A stretch of 64,000 bases of DNA from Amoebophrya sp. A120. Taxonomy: Eukaryota > Protista > Dinoflagellata. Position numbers and translations under genes: made by a program. Below, in pieces: positions 24,077-35,904 of the stretch. The stretch's first letter is position 1; each line of letters begins with the position of its first letter. The stretch is from positions 3,614,265 through 3,678,264 of the forward strand of contig CAJINV010000007.1 of assembly GCA_905178155.1 (NCBI GenBank), given 5' to 3'. The notes beneath the pieces were generated by a model that was not told the DNA's origin, ran no database searches, and saw only the letters and a list, made by a program, of their open reading frames with translations.

Positions 24077-27000
24077 ATGCCGGTCCGTTTTTCTCTGAAC
24101 GGTCTGACGCACGAGGTGCCTGACGAAAATTTCGACATCGAACTGACAGTCCTGCAATACCTCCGAAAGTTCACCACCCTCCACGGCACGAAACTGGCCT
24201 GCGGCGAAGGCGGCTGCGGCGCGTGCACCGTGCTACTCTCCGAGCTGCCAGACACGAATAAAGATGGGAAAAGTAAACGTGGTGTGAAGCACAAAGTTGT
24301 CAACGCGTGCATTTTTCTTCTCGCGGACGCGCACGGGAAGCATGTGACGACAATCGAGGCCGTGTCGGAGATCACGAGGAACGAGAATGGGAAAGAGCAG
24401 CTTCATCCGCTACAACAGTCCTTGGTTGATCACCATGGCTCCCAATGCGGGTACTGCACGCCCGGGTTTGTCGTCAGCATGCTGCCGACGTTTCACGATG
24501 GTGTCTCCACAAAGAGCGGGACATCATCAAACCGGCATGTTGAAAACGAAAAAACCATTCACGACACCGATATCGAGGAGGTTTTGGACGGGAATCTCTG
24601 CCGCTGCACGGGATACCGGTCGATTTTGCAGTCCTTCAAGACTGCTTTCAAAGATGAATACGGGAAAAACGACAAGTGTACGGGGAAGAAGTTTGGGGAG
24701 TTTGTGGACAAAGTCGTTTTTCCACAGTTGAAGAAGCTGCAAACGACGACGGCCGTTTCGACCACGGCACCCGGCGCTAGTCCTGCTGCCGCGTTGAAAA
24801 CCGTGATAAAGCACGAAGGTGTACAAGGCGCGGTCGTCTATCCCGGTACCTACCACCAACCGACCACAGTGCAGGAAGCGATCCAGATCGCAAAGTCTAG
24901 CGGGAATTTCCGCTACCAAGCGGGCGCGACGGAACGGAAGATCGAGCAGTTGAAGATTTCTGGGCGGTTTAAGTACCCGCTGGACCTGATCTCCCTGAAC
25001 AACATAGAGGAAATTTGTTCGGAGAAACACATGGAACTCGTGGATGTTGATCAGGACCTAGTTCCATCGAAAAACAAAAAATTCGAAGACCTCGTTCCGG
25101 AAGTGCAGTTTACCATTCCTGCCAATCTGCCCCTCGCGGACATTGAAAATCGGTTTCGGAAGTTTCTGGACTTTTCGAAACATGCAAAAGACCAGCAGAG
25201 CAGCTACATCGCGCAGGTGATACGAGCCTATTTGGAAATGTTCAAATGGTTTGCGGGACACCAGATCCGGAACGTTGCCACTTTTTCCGGAAATTTAATC
25301 ACCGCAAGTCCGATCGCGGACTTGGCGCCGGTGCACATGGCCGTGGGGTGTAAGGTTGAGGTCGCAACTGATGAGGGGGACGGTGGAGCGGCACCTTCAC
25401 AGGCGGCTTCTGGTGCTGGTGGAACTACGGCAGCCGCAAAGAAGACAAAGCCGCGTAAGTCCTTCCCGATTGACAACTCGTTTTTCACGGGGTACAGGAA
25501 AACGGTTTTATCCGACAGTCCAACCGACATTTTACACTCTTTCCACATCCCTTTGGGGACAAGAGACGGGTCGGACGAGAGAAATGTGCTGAAGAAGGAT
25601 CATGTCGGGGAACATCAAGGCCGCGAAGTGAGTGTCACATACAAGAAGTTCATCCGGGCCTACAAAGCGTCGAGACGGAAAGAGGACGACTTGAGCATTG
25701 TCAACGGTTGCTTCTTCGTCGAAATGGCAGTGGAAAACACGACCATCAGCAGTCAAAAAGAAGAGTTGTACGAAGAAGAAACCACAATCCCCACAGTGCA
25801 GTCCTGCCGGTTCGCGTTCGGCGGGTTAGCGCCCTTCACCCGCAGGTGCACACCCTTGGAAAAGTTCTGGGAAGGAAAAAAGTGGACGAGCGAGAATTTC
25901 CAGACGTCCATCCCGCTGATCACCGACTTTTTCCAGCTGCCCCCCGACGTCCCAGGCGGCATGCCCATGTTCCGGAAGTTGTTGGCGCGAAGTTTGTTTT
26001 TCAAGTTTTTCAAGGAAGTGGAAGAGGAAATCTTCGGGCCGGAATCGCCGGTGAGGTTGTTGAAGACCACAACCGCAGCTACTGTGCAGCGGCCAAAGAG
26101 AGCAAAGACGCAAGAAAAATCTTCTTCATCTGTTGATCAGCACAACAAGCTTAAGCTTGCCCTGTCACAGCACTCTCCGAAATCTCTGCTTTCAATGCAA
26201 GACGCTCCGATGGCACACCAGCACTTCCCGATCGACAAAATCGGGGATATGAACAAGACCGCGAACACCCGTCACCTTGCGGCGCATCTGCACGTCAGCG
26301 GAAAGGCGGCCTACAGCTACGACCAAGTTCTCCCGGCGACAGCCTGTAACGCGGGTGGTGCGGGGAGCGGTGATACAGATTATGCTGGACGATCTGGAAA
26401 AAACAGACATTATCCGAAAACCAACCCGACCGACACGATGTTCGTTGATTTCGTTCTCTCCAACAAACCGCACGCCAAAATCAAGTCCTTCGATTTCTCT
26501 GAAGCGGAAAAAGTAACCGGCTACATCGGCAATCTGACTCTCGAAGATCTCAACTTCTGCAAGACGGTCGGACCGATCATGCACGACGACGAGATTTTTC
26601 CAGCGGACAACGTCGTCAACCACTTGGGCCAAGTGGTCTGCTGCGTAGTCGCGGATTCTCGGGAGGCGGCGAGAGAGTGCGCGATGGTGACGAGCATTGT
26701 GTGGGACGAAGAAACCAAATTCGATTTCACCATCTCCATTGAAGAAGCGATTGCGAAAAAAAGCTTCCACCATGTGCTTTTTGTGCCGGAGGAGAAGAAA
26801 CACAAACCGCACCAGGTGTGGACGCAGCGGGAACCAATAGGGACGAAGTCGTTTGAAGAAGTTGAGCGGTTTTTTAAAAGAGGAGGGGATGTGTTACAGA
26901 CACGGAAGCAAGGTGAAGGCGAAGCACTTCCCCCGCCCGTTGTGGACGATAATGATACCCCGACTGGGAGTAAAGATCCCCGTTTGTCTGACGGCGAAGA

Positions 27001-30000
27001 GGAGGAACCTGAAGCAAAACAAAAACCACCACAAGCCACGAAATTTCACTCCAGGTTGAAGGCCACTTCCAATTTTTTCCACACGGGAAAACTCCAACCC
27101 CGCGTCGCCCCCCAATCCGGCAAAGACACCCCGCTCGCCTTCACCCGGAGATTACAAACCAGTCTCCCCCCGCCAGCGACGTTCATCCCCCCGCTGCGAC
27201 TCCTTTCGGAGCAAATGGACAAAGAGAAGGCGGCGAAAAAGGCGGTGGACGACGCGATCGCGAAACAGAAGGAAAAACCGCAAGTGGATGTTCTTGAACC
27301 AAAAGCACATAATTCAGATTTCGAAGAAATCCAGTCTGAGATTTACATGGGCGGGCAGGAGCATTTTTACTTCGAAACGCACTCGACCGCGGTGGAAATG
27401 TTGTCAAACAACGAGGAAGTCATAGTCTACAGCTCAACGCAGAACGTCGCGGAATCGCAGGCGTTCATATCCGAGGTGTGCGGCATCCCGAATCACAAAG
27501 TCCACGTAAAGGTGACGCGACTAGGTGGCGGCTTCGGCGGAAAGGAGACGAGAAGTTGTCTCCTCGGGGTCTACCCGGTGTTAGCGTGTCAGAAATACGG
27601 GAGAAATCAGCCTGGCGGGGTTGGAGCGAACAAGTGCAAGTTTCTACTCGAAAGAGACACGGACTTCAAATGGAGCGGGCAGAGACACAGCTTTGTCGCG
27701 CAGTACCGAATGTTGTTGAACAAAAAGGAGAAAAAGATCCAGGCGATTGACTGCAAGTTGTTCGCGAACGCGGGGTGCTCGTACGACTTGTCTAATCCGG
27801 TGTTGAACCGCGCGATGCTGCATGTGGAGAACTGCTTGAACATCGAGAATTTGCGCGTGCAGGGCTTTCTGTGCAAAACCAACATCCCGTCGAATACCGC
27901 GTTTCGGGGATTCGGCGGCCCGCAGGGGTTGTTCGTCGCGGAAACGATGTACCAGAAGGCGGCGGACTATCTGGGAGTGAGTAGGGAAGACTTGTACGAA
28001 AAACAGATGTACAGATCTTTAGTAGCATTAAGGTCGCCGAAAGGGAGTCAGAGGAAGGAGCTGGCGCTTTGTTCAGGTGGTTCAGGAGCATCTCCAGAAA
28101 AGGCCGCTGCAACATCACCAACAAAAGGGGGTACGGGAAGGGCGCACCAAAATGATCGCAAGTCCGAGTTCACCCAAGCCGCTGCTGCGAGCAAGGGAAG
28201 TCTGGAGGACACGCCGGCTTTGGCAACAGGCTCGAACCATTCGTCTCCGAGTAGCAAAAGGATAGTCCTTCCACCGCAGCAGCAGGTAGTACAGACCCCG
28301 CTTTTCAACCTCCAACCCGCGGGACCACATCAACTCGGCTTGCAGCAAACGTCGGGCGACTTGCTGAAACAAAAGCCGAAATTGAAGCTGCTGAGTAGCA
28401 CCGGATTATTACAGTTGAAGACGGCCGCGATTCAACTACCAAAGCCCATCGATTTGAAAAGAAAGCAGGAAAAAAACAAAAACCTCCATACAACTACACA
28501 GGGAAACGGCTTTTGGCGGCCGACAGTCAACGAAAACGCAGCGGAAGAGGACAAAGAAGATCTGACCTTCTACAACCATCCCATCGGTACCCATGTGCCG
28601 ATTCGGGAAATGGTGAAACAGATCACTGAAAAGTCGCAGTTCAAAAGCCGGCAAAAAGAAATCGAGGACTTCAACAAGAAGAACAAGTTCGTGAAACGCG
28701 GAATCGCTTTGATCCCTACGAAATACGGGATTTCCTTCACGGCGAAGCACTTAAACCAGTCCGCCGCACAGGTGAACCTGTACAAAGACGGCACTATTCT
28801 CCTCCACCACGGCGGACACGAGATGGGCCAGGGGGTGCATACGAAAGTCGCTTCTATCGCTGCGCTGATGTTCGGGGTGCCGATAAAGTTAGTGCACGTC
28901 ATGGAGACCGACACCAGTAACATTCCGAACACCAGCCCGACGGCGGCGAGCACGGGGTCGGACTTGAACGGGTTTGCGTGTCAGATGGCGTGTGCGGAAC
29001 TGCTAGAGAGGTTGGAAAAGATTTTGAAAAAGCACGGGCTGAAAGTCGTTGCGGATAATGAGGAAATGTTAATGAACGTGAACAAATCGTACAGTAGAAG
29101 AAGAACCAGCACGGCCGGGGAGGAGATCGTAGACCGGATCCCGACGAAAAGCACGGTGAAAGGAGGGAAAGAAGTAGATGAGGGAGTGGACGAAGAGAGC
29201 TCTGCTGACGATGGCGCTGATGTTATTTCCACCGGCGGCGGACAGGGACACAATCCCAGCAAAATCCCGTTCAGGAGGATCGATTGGACTTTGTTTGAGC
29301 AATCTTTGTCACCTAAAGCAACTGCTGCAACCGAGACAAATCGCGACGAACTCCTATTGCTGGAGAAGCAGAAGCTGCTCTCCAAAATCGCTACCGAGGC
29401 CTGGTTCAACCGGATCAACCTGTGCGGCCGCGGGTTTTATGCGACGCCGATTTCCGGTGTGGACTGGGGAAAGTTATCGAATGAAAAAATGTCTGGGTCT
29501 CGAAGAATGCGCGATTTGTCATGCAGCTTTTCCATGACGCATGAGGTCTGGAATGCAGGACCTAGCATGACAGATTCTGTGCGATCTCTCTCATGCCTAT
29601 CCTGCGTGAGAAACTCCCTCCCGACTTGGTCAAAACTGGAGGACTTTTGGCAATCATGCAACGCAGATAATTTATTTTGCATGCTTCAGATTTAGCATGA
29701 CAAGCTGCATTCTTCCAGACCCAGACACTTTTACATTTGATAAAAGTCGGGGAAGAATGAATTCACGGGGGAGCCGTTCTACTACTACTCCTGGGGCGTT
29801 GGGGTGAGCGAAGTGGAGGTAGACACGTTGACCGGCGATTTTCAGACGCTGAGAACGGATTTGATCCACGATGTGGGGCGATCCTTAACGCCGTTGATCG
29901 ACATCGGGCAAATCGAGGGCGCGTTTACGCAGGGTTTGGGATTGTTCACGAGTGAAGAAGTGATCTACTTGCAGAACAAGGACAGAAATTCCGCGAGCCA

Positions 30001-30511
30001 CTTCTCCGTCGGCCCCGGGTTCTACAAAATCCCTGCGGTGGGGAACTGCCCGAGGCGGTTTGAAACACATTTGCTAGAAAATTCCCGCGGCCCGAGCGTG
30101 CTGGGGAGTAAGGCGATCGGCGAGCCGCCGTTGTTTCTCGCGTGTTCGGTCTTCTTCGCGATAAGGGAGGCGTGCCTAGCTTTGGTTTCGGACAAGAAAA
30201 TCAGGAACAAAATCGCGAAGGACATCCGGTTCGACTCCCCGTTAACGGCGGAAAGAATACGGGTGAAATGCGCCCAGATTCTGTTTTTGGCAGGAGAGCA
30301 AGGGAAGAAAAATTCTGCCGCAGTAGAAAAGGAAGTTGGCGAAGAAAGAGCTGAGGTTGCAGTTGCTGCAGGAGAGCGGGAACGGAATGAGGACTTCCCT
30401 GTGGTTGACCCGGAACTCGCTGCCCTCCATCAGGATCTCTTTGAGGATTTCTCCGAGCCCTGTGTTGCCACCGCGTTTGAAAAAGTTCAACACTGGCATG
30501 CCAGGGTTTAG
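24077..30511 (+). CDS. XDH: Xanthine dehydrogenase/oxidase (2Fe-2S, FAD, Moco domains) with long low-complexity insertions
   Basis: Motifs GTKLACGEGGCGACTV, SQCGYCTPGF, GNLCRCTGYR, FAGHQIRNVA, GGQEHFYFE, RLGGGFGGKE, TAFRGFGGPQG, EMGQGVHTK and SKAIGEPPLFL. Removing 29475-29747 gives DWGKSGKNEFTGEPFYYYSWG...SEVEVDTLTGD. Confidence 0.95.
29475..29742. mobile_element. Introner family C copy (5-bp DR AAAGT)
   Basis: TATCGAATGAAAAAATGTCTGGGTCTCGAAGAATGC...GCATTCTTCCAGACCCAGACACTTTTACATTTGATA. AAAGT at 29470-29474 and 29743-29747. Reverse-orientation homolog of 63346-63611. Confidence 0.92.
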
Positions 30512-31278
30512 GGCTTGGCAACGAGAGTACAGTCCGGAACTCGGAAGTACAGTACTTTCATGGTGCAGCAGCTGGTAACGCGGACGCTGGTGCTGGTCAG
30601 TCTCGTGTTGGGGTCTCTTCTGTGTAGTGAGCACGACACTGAGATGCTATTTCAAGTTCCTAGAAACTTTTCAAAAGACCACAACATCCCGGCTGAACTC
30701 CGCATCGCCATCTACAGTATGTATGAGTCTGCTTCTCCACATCTGTCTCCTGTCTCTGCAATACCAGGAATTAATAGCACTTGATGTGTTGGCCTTATCC
30801 TTGTACTTTTGCAAAGACAGCAGGGGCACGAGCAGCTGCACAGCGATTATGTCGGTTTTTGCAAGTGCTTTTCCAAGAAACTGCGGTTGCGACTGTTACG
30901 ATAGAGGCATCGCAAATCTGTCTGTCTTCTCTTCTGTCGAAGAAGAAATTTCGGTCGACCTCCAAAAGTGGTCTCTAAGTACATGATTCGCATCTGATTT
31001 ATTTCCTGCTTCTTGCTGCAAGGATCTTTGTTACTCTGTCGGCTTAGTTGCAACCCAGATCACCTTTTGCACTTCCACCTGTGCAGGGTCATCATCGGAT
31101 ACCAGGAAAATTTTTCAAAAAGAATTTCCTCCTACACCTACAACTTTCCGTGTACTAAGAAACAAAGTTGCTCCACCTCGGCGACCCTGAAAAACTAAAT
31201 CACTCACGACGTCACACCAGAAGCAATCTCGACCAAGGGCAAGGTCGTGTCATCTCTTGCTCGCGCTATTCCAGCAAG

Positions 31279-33404
31279 ATGAGCGCCACGATCGTCGCGC
31301 ACAGCCACGGCAAGGCTTCGGTGAAGCTCCTGCGCCTCGCCCGGTCCGGCGAGGATGGGACCGGGCGGCACGAGATGAAAAAGTTCAACGTGCAGATCAA
31401 GCTCCACGGGACGGAGAAGCCGAAAAAAGCCTTCACGAGCCCCGACAACTCCGGTTGTGTTGCGACGGATTCCATGAAAAACACGATTTACGTATTGGCG
31501 CAAAAAAACCCGCTCTGTTCCAAGGAAAAGTTCTCGATCATCGTGGCGAGCCATTTCATCGGGTTGTACCCCCATTTAGTGGACAAAGCGGAGTGCTTGG
31601 TCGAAGAGGAAGTCTGGGAGAGGGTAAGTGTGGATGACCAACCACACAACCACTGTTGGCGCTTGCGATCCGGGACGAATGACGTCCGCTGGTCGAAGTG
31701 TATCGCCGGCGGCGAGGCGTTTCAGAAGTACATCGCGAAAACATATGGGACGAGAGGGAGTACAACTTCTGAATGGAGATTTGTTTTCAAAAGTTTTGAT
31801 GATGTCTGATTCTGCCCACTGTTCTGGTCGTGTTGAGCCAATCTGATACACTTCGCAAATGAAGATTGATTGGTCTGCGTGCACTACTGCAGCAATTACA
31901 ATTTGATTTCGATCACACACGACACTCTCAGGCTGTCTCCTCACTAGCGGTGTGAAAGCGATGACACTTCTAAAATCCACCCAGTCCGCTTGGGAAAAAT
32001 TCGTCCGTGACGGCTACACCTTGTTACCTGACACGACCAACCGAATTCTCGCCTCCGCCATCGATGTCGAGTGGGCTTTTCGGGAGACGCCAAAGATGCC
32101 GGTCACCGCCAACGCGGCGGCAGCCGCTGCTGGTAGGCTTTTTTGTGATTCGGACACATCATCATGATGCGCAAGTGAGTTTCGTCAACGCATGTGACGC
32201 GGTAAAAGAGTCGACGAGGTTGAGCTTGTTAGTGTTAAAAGCCACAGTGCTGACATATGGAGAAATACATTTTCTATCAAAAAATCACACAGACTCGCCC
32301 AACTTCCCCGACTACGACGCTTTCTCAGAAAAAGTTGAAAAAATCCTGATCGACACACTTTGCGGCCCGCCAAACAAAGGCGTCTACAGTACCTCTGTCC
32401 AAGCAACCGTCCACGACATGGCACAGGCCGTGATGTCCAAACACGGGGACTTCATCGAAAAAATCAGCCTCTTCGGCCCGAACCTGCACCACATCCCGTT
32501 TGATTTCTCGAGACTCAACAAAGTCTTGCCGCAAGAAACTTTACCGGAAAAACCGGAAGTTTTCATCGCAACGTCCGAACCCCGGGGGATCATCGAGGTC
32601 ACCTGCAGCATTCCAGCCGGGGACAAGCAGATCGGCCACGTGTTTGACCCACTACCGCGCTCCCCGAAGGCATCAGGAGCTGCATCAAGCGGAACTGCAC
32701 CAGGAACAGAAGACCAAACCGCGACTGGAGATGCTGGTGCACCACCCCCGCCCCCTTTAACCGACATCGAGCTGACCGAGCAGAAAACGGGCGGCCGGAA
32801 CATGAACTTCTTGCAATTTTTGAAGATCACAACCAGACAGCAGTTTCTGGCGAAATTTGACGGCATTTACGAGAAATCGCCGTGGATTTTGGAGTCCGCC
32901 TGGCCCGTGTATGCCTGCGCGATGGATTTTCAGAACGCGTTTGACTTCTTCAAGCACATAAAATCCGTAGTTCAATTTGCAAACGAGGAGAAGAAGTACG
33001 CCTTGCTGCGCGCGCACCCGGATCTCGCCGGCAAGTTGGCCATCGCGACCTTCAAAGTCGTGGGAGACCCAACTCCAGGAGAGCAGGCGGCTGGTTCGCC
33101 GACGAGTGAAGGCGCTGCACCTCCAGTAGAGAAACTCACTACGGAGAGCCAGAAGGAGCAGAAATCCGCGGGGCTTGACCAGTGCAGTGAGGAGGAATTC
33201 AACAAATTTCAGGCCTTGAACGACAAATACAAGGAGAAATTCGCCTTCCCGTTCATTCTCGCGGTGTCGGGGAGGAGTCGGGCAGAAATTTTGGAAATTT
33301 TTGAAAAGCGGATGGAGAACACGGTGGAAGCAGAGTTCGCCGAAGCGATTTCGCAGGTACATAGGATCGCCGAAATCCGCGTGAAGAAATTGCTTGAGTG
33401 TTGA
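31279..33404 (+). CDS. Urate oxidase (uricase) fused to C-terminal OHCU decarboxylase
   Basis: GT-AG introns at 31760-31931 and 32133-32292. Uricase motifs: HGKASVKL, VATDSMKNTIY, LKSTQSAWEKFVRDGYTLLP..NRIL, STSVQAT, PNLHH, EPRGII. OHCU decarboxylase motifs: IYEKSPW, AHPDLA, SQKEQKSAGL, YKEKFAFPFILAV, QVHRIA.IR. The fusion junction is within one ORF. Confidence 0.92.
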
Positions 33405-33899
33405 GTGGTAGAAGTGGGACCGTGTCATACTTAAGTAGCTTTGAGCTACGTGCTGTAGCCACAGCGGGATTTGTGTTTCTGAGGAAGATTGCTATTGCAC
33501 TAGCACGACGCCAGGAAAATCAAAAATGAATACGATCGCTTCCGCGCCGGTGATTTTCGTTTCACGATCACACAACAAGAACGAGACTAACAATAACAAA
33601 CCTACTAGACTAACAAGACAGCCGCGTCTCCAAGTGCCCCACTTGGGCATACTCATAAGACAGCGTCTTCAAGCAAGAGACAAGGCGCACGTAAAGGATT
33701 GCGCCAGAAATATCTATTTTGAAACTACTGAAGATACGTACAAGGTCTACACGACAGCTCTGAGCACACAAGTACGGCGCTCGCAGTATTTGCAGATGTC
33801 GTACGGAGTGTCACATGTCAAGAAGAAAGAACGACGAGCAGCGACGTGCTAGTACTCGCGATTGGCTATTCGTTCGCGCAGGATGATGAAAGTCGTCAA

Positions 33900-35650
33900 C
33901 TCGTGTGTTCAAAGTTCTCATTTGTGATGTGCCTGATACTTTTATACCGCCGCGTTTGCGTCGTGACCGTGTGAATTTTTTAGGTCGCCGGCAGTGTGCT
34001 CACGCCGCTTCCAGTCGGAGAGTCAAAACCCGCCGCGGGAGCAAGTCCGCGCCCAGCGGGCGCGCGTGTTCATTGGGAGGCCGGCGGCCTGGCGCTCGCA
34101 GAAGAAAAACGGAAGGCGCCGGCCTCTGGCCAACACGTTAAAAATCCACGCGGGCCGCTGGAGGAAGGCCCTGCGCTACAGGCGCCCGCCGCAGCGCCTT
34201 GCTAGACGAAGGCAAGGCGAGACATTGGCGGGGTCCTGGCCTGCCCTGTGGCGCGCCTGTCCGTAATTCACGCCCCGGCGCCGCCGGGCCGCCTCGACCG
34301 CCGGCGGAGGTAGAGCGGGCCAACGCCTTCCATCGCAGCCGGCCGGCGGCAATGCCAGGGCCCCGGCCCCGATTGATCGGCGGCGCCCTTCGGCCTCGGC
34401 AGCGGTGGCCCCCCCGCGGGCGGGCGTTGAGCCCCGTCTTTTCCGCATGATTTCCCCCCTTGTTTTTTAATCGGGGAGGGGGCCTGCAGAATGGCACAGC
34501 TAGCAAGCCGGGCCGCCGGTGGAGAAACATCATCGAGAGCCAGCCGGCGGATCAAACTGATGGCGCCGGTTCTAGCAGTGACATCGCCGCCCGCCAGGCT
34601 CCCGCCACTCTGGAGGCCGCCGGCGCCCCCGCGGTATCTATCTATTTGAGCAGTCGCTTGGCGCGGGAAAAACCCGGGAAGCGCTTCAGGCCGTGGGCCC
34701 CTCTTGCAGCCGCGCCGCGCTGGCCCCCCCTCGCTCCTGCCGGGCCAGCCTGTTGGGGCGCGCTTGGGGCCGTTGCGGCCGCAGTTTGACAGGCCCGCCG
34801 TGCCGCCCCATGCCGAGCGGTGTCTGGCGCCGCGCCAGCCGGTGCGTGACGCCCGCACGCCGCGCGCGCGATGCCATCGCCAAGCGCCTCCGTCCTCGCC
34901 CGCGCCTGATCGGACTACGGCGGTGGGAAGCGACCCGCCAGACGAGGCGGCCGGACGAAGATGCGAAGAGCGGGCCCAAATGTGGCGCCGCGCCCTTCCT
35001 TCCAATTTCTGCGCCCGCGCCCCCATGCCACGCCGGGGGCGCGCAGGAAGGTAGGCCGCTGCCCCCTTGCGGCCGACGCACCCACTGGCGCCCGGGTTTG
35101 TTTCCGGGGGAGAGTGCTCGCTGGTAGGCTTTTTTTTTTTGGGCCCCCCCCCCCTGGAGTTGGGCGCATTATGTTGCGCCAGTTTCTTCTTGGTGTTAGT
35201 TACCCTTATCGGCGCGGCCGTGCAGGCAGCACAGCAGGGCCCTGTCTGGCTAGTGGCAGCGCTAGCGCCAATCTGCCGCCCTTGGTTGGCCGTCTACACT
35301 CTGTCCGGTCCTCCGGCGCCCGGCAGATGTGTCGCAAGTTGTCTTCGGGCCGCCGTGGCCGCGCGTTGTTTGTTTGTAGTCTTTGTTGGGTTGTCGTTGC
35401 CGCGCCCGCCGGTTTGATTGTTCGTCGCCACCCACCCAGCAGCGTGGGCACTCTCTCAGTCATGGTTGTGAGTAGTATTCAGCGATTGTGGTGCTCGGAT
35501 CAGTGCGACAAGGCCCACGACTCGCGTAGTGGAAAATCCTGCCTGCCGTGGCCTGGTTGCCGGTGGTCGTCCTCGCACGCATGATTGGGCCGTCGGCCGG
35601 GCGCAGCCACGGCTCACTCTAACGGTAGTTGTTCTCATACCCGAGTGAAT
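33900..35650. other. Very GC-rich, apparently non-coding block (probable repeat or TE remnant; ends approximate)
   Basis: Sharp compositional shift with homopolymer runs and only low-complexity spurious ORFs. No convincing TIR or TSD. Confidence 0.4.
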
Positions 35651-35904
35651 ACAGCAGGGGAGCTTTTCTCATTTCAAGATGACGAGTGCGAGTGGCCAGT
35701 CGAAGTTTGATAAGTGGACATCGAAGAGAGGAACTGCAACGTCGCAACCGCCGTGAGTCGGTGGTAGCGCTCATCTTAATTTCTATCTTCATCAATTTTC
35801 TAGCTGTATTTCGTTCATCTTCATTATCATGTAGAAGTCACACCTACACGCAGTTTCGGTTTCTCCGTTCTTCTGAAAGCCGGACTTGTTTGCGACAAAG
35901 CACG

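Noticed and set aside
33904-35653. TGTGTTCA...TGAATACA ends suggesting a solo LTR
   Set aside because: Only an 8-bp imperfect IR, no target-site duplication (ACTCG vs GCAGG), and no PBS/PPT or second copy in the window.
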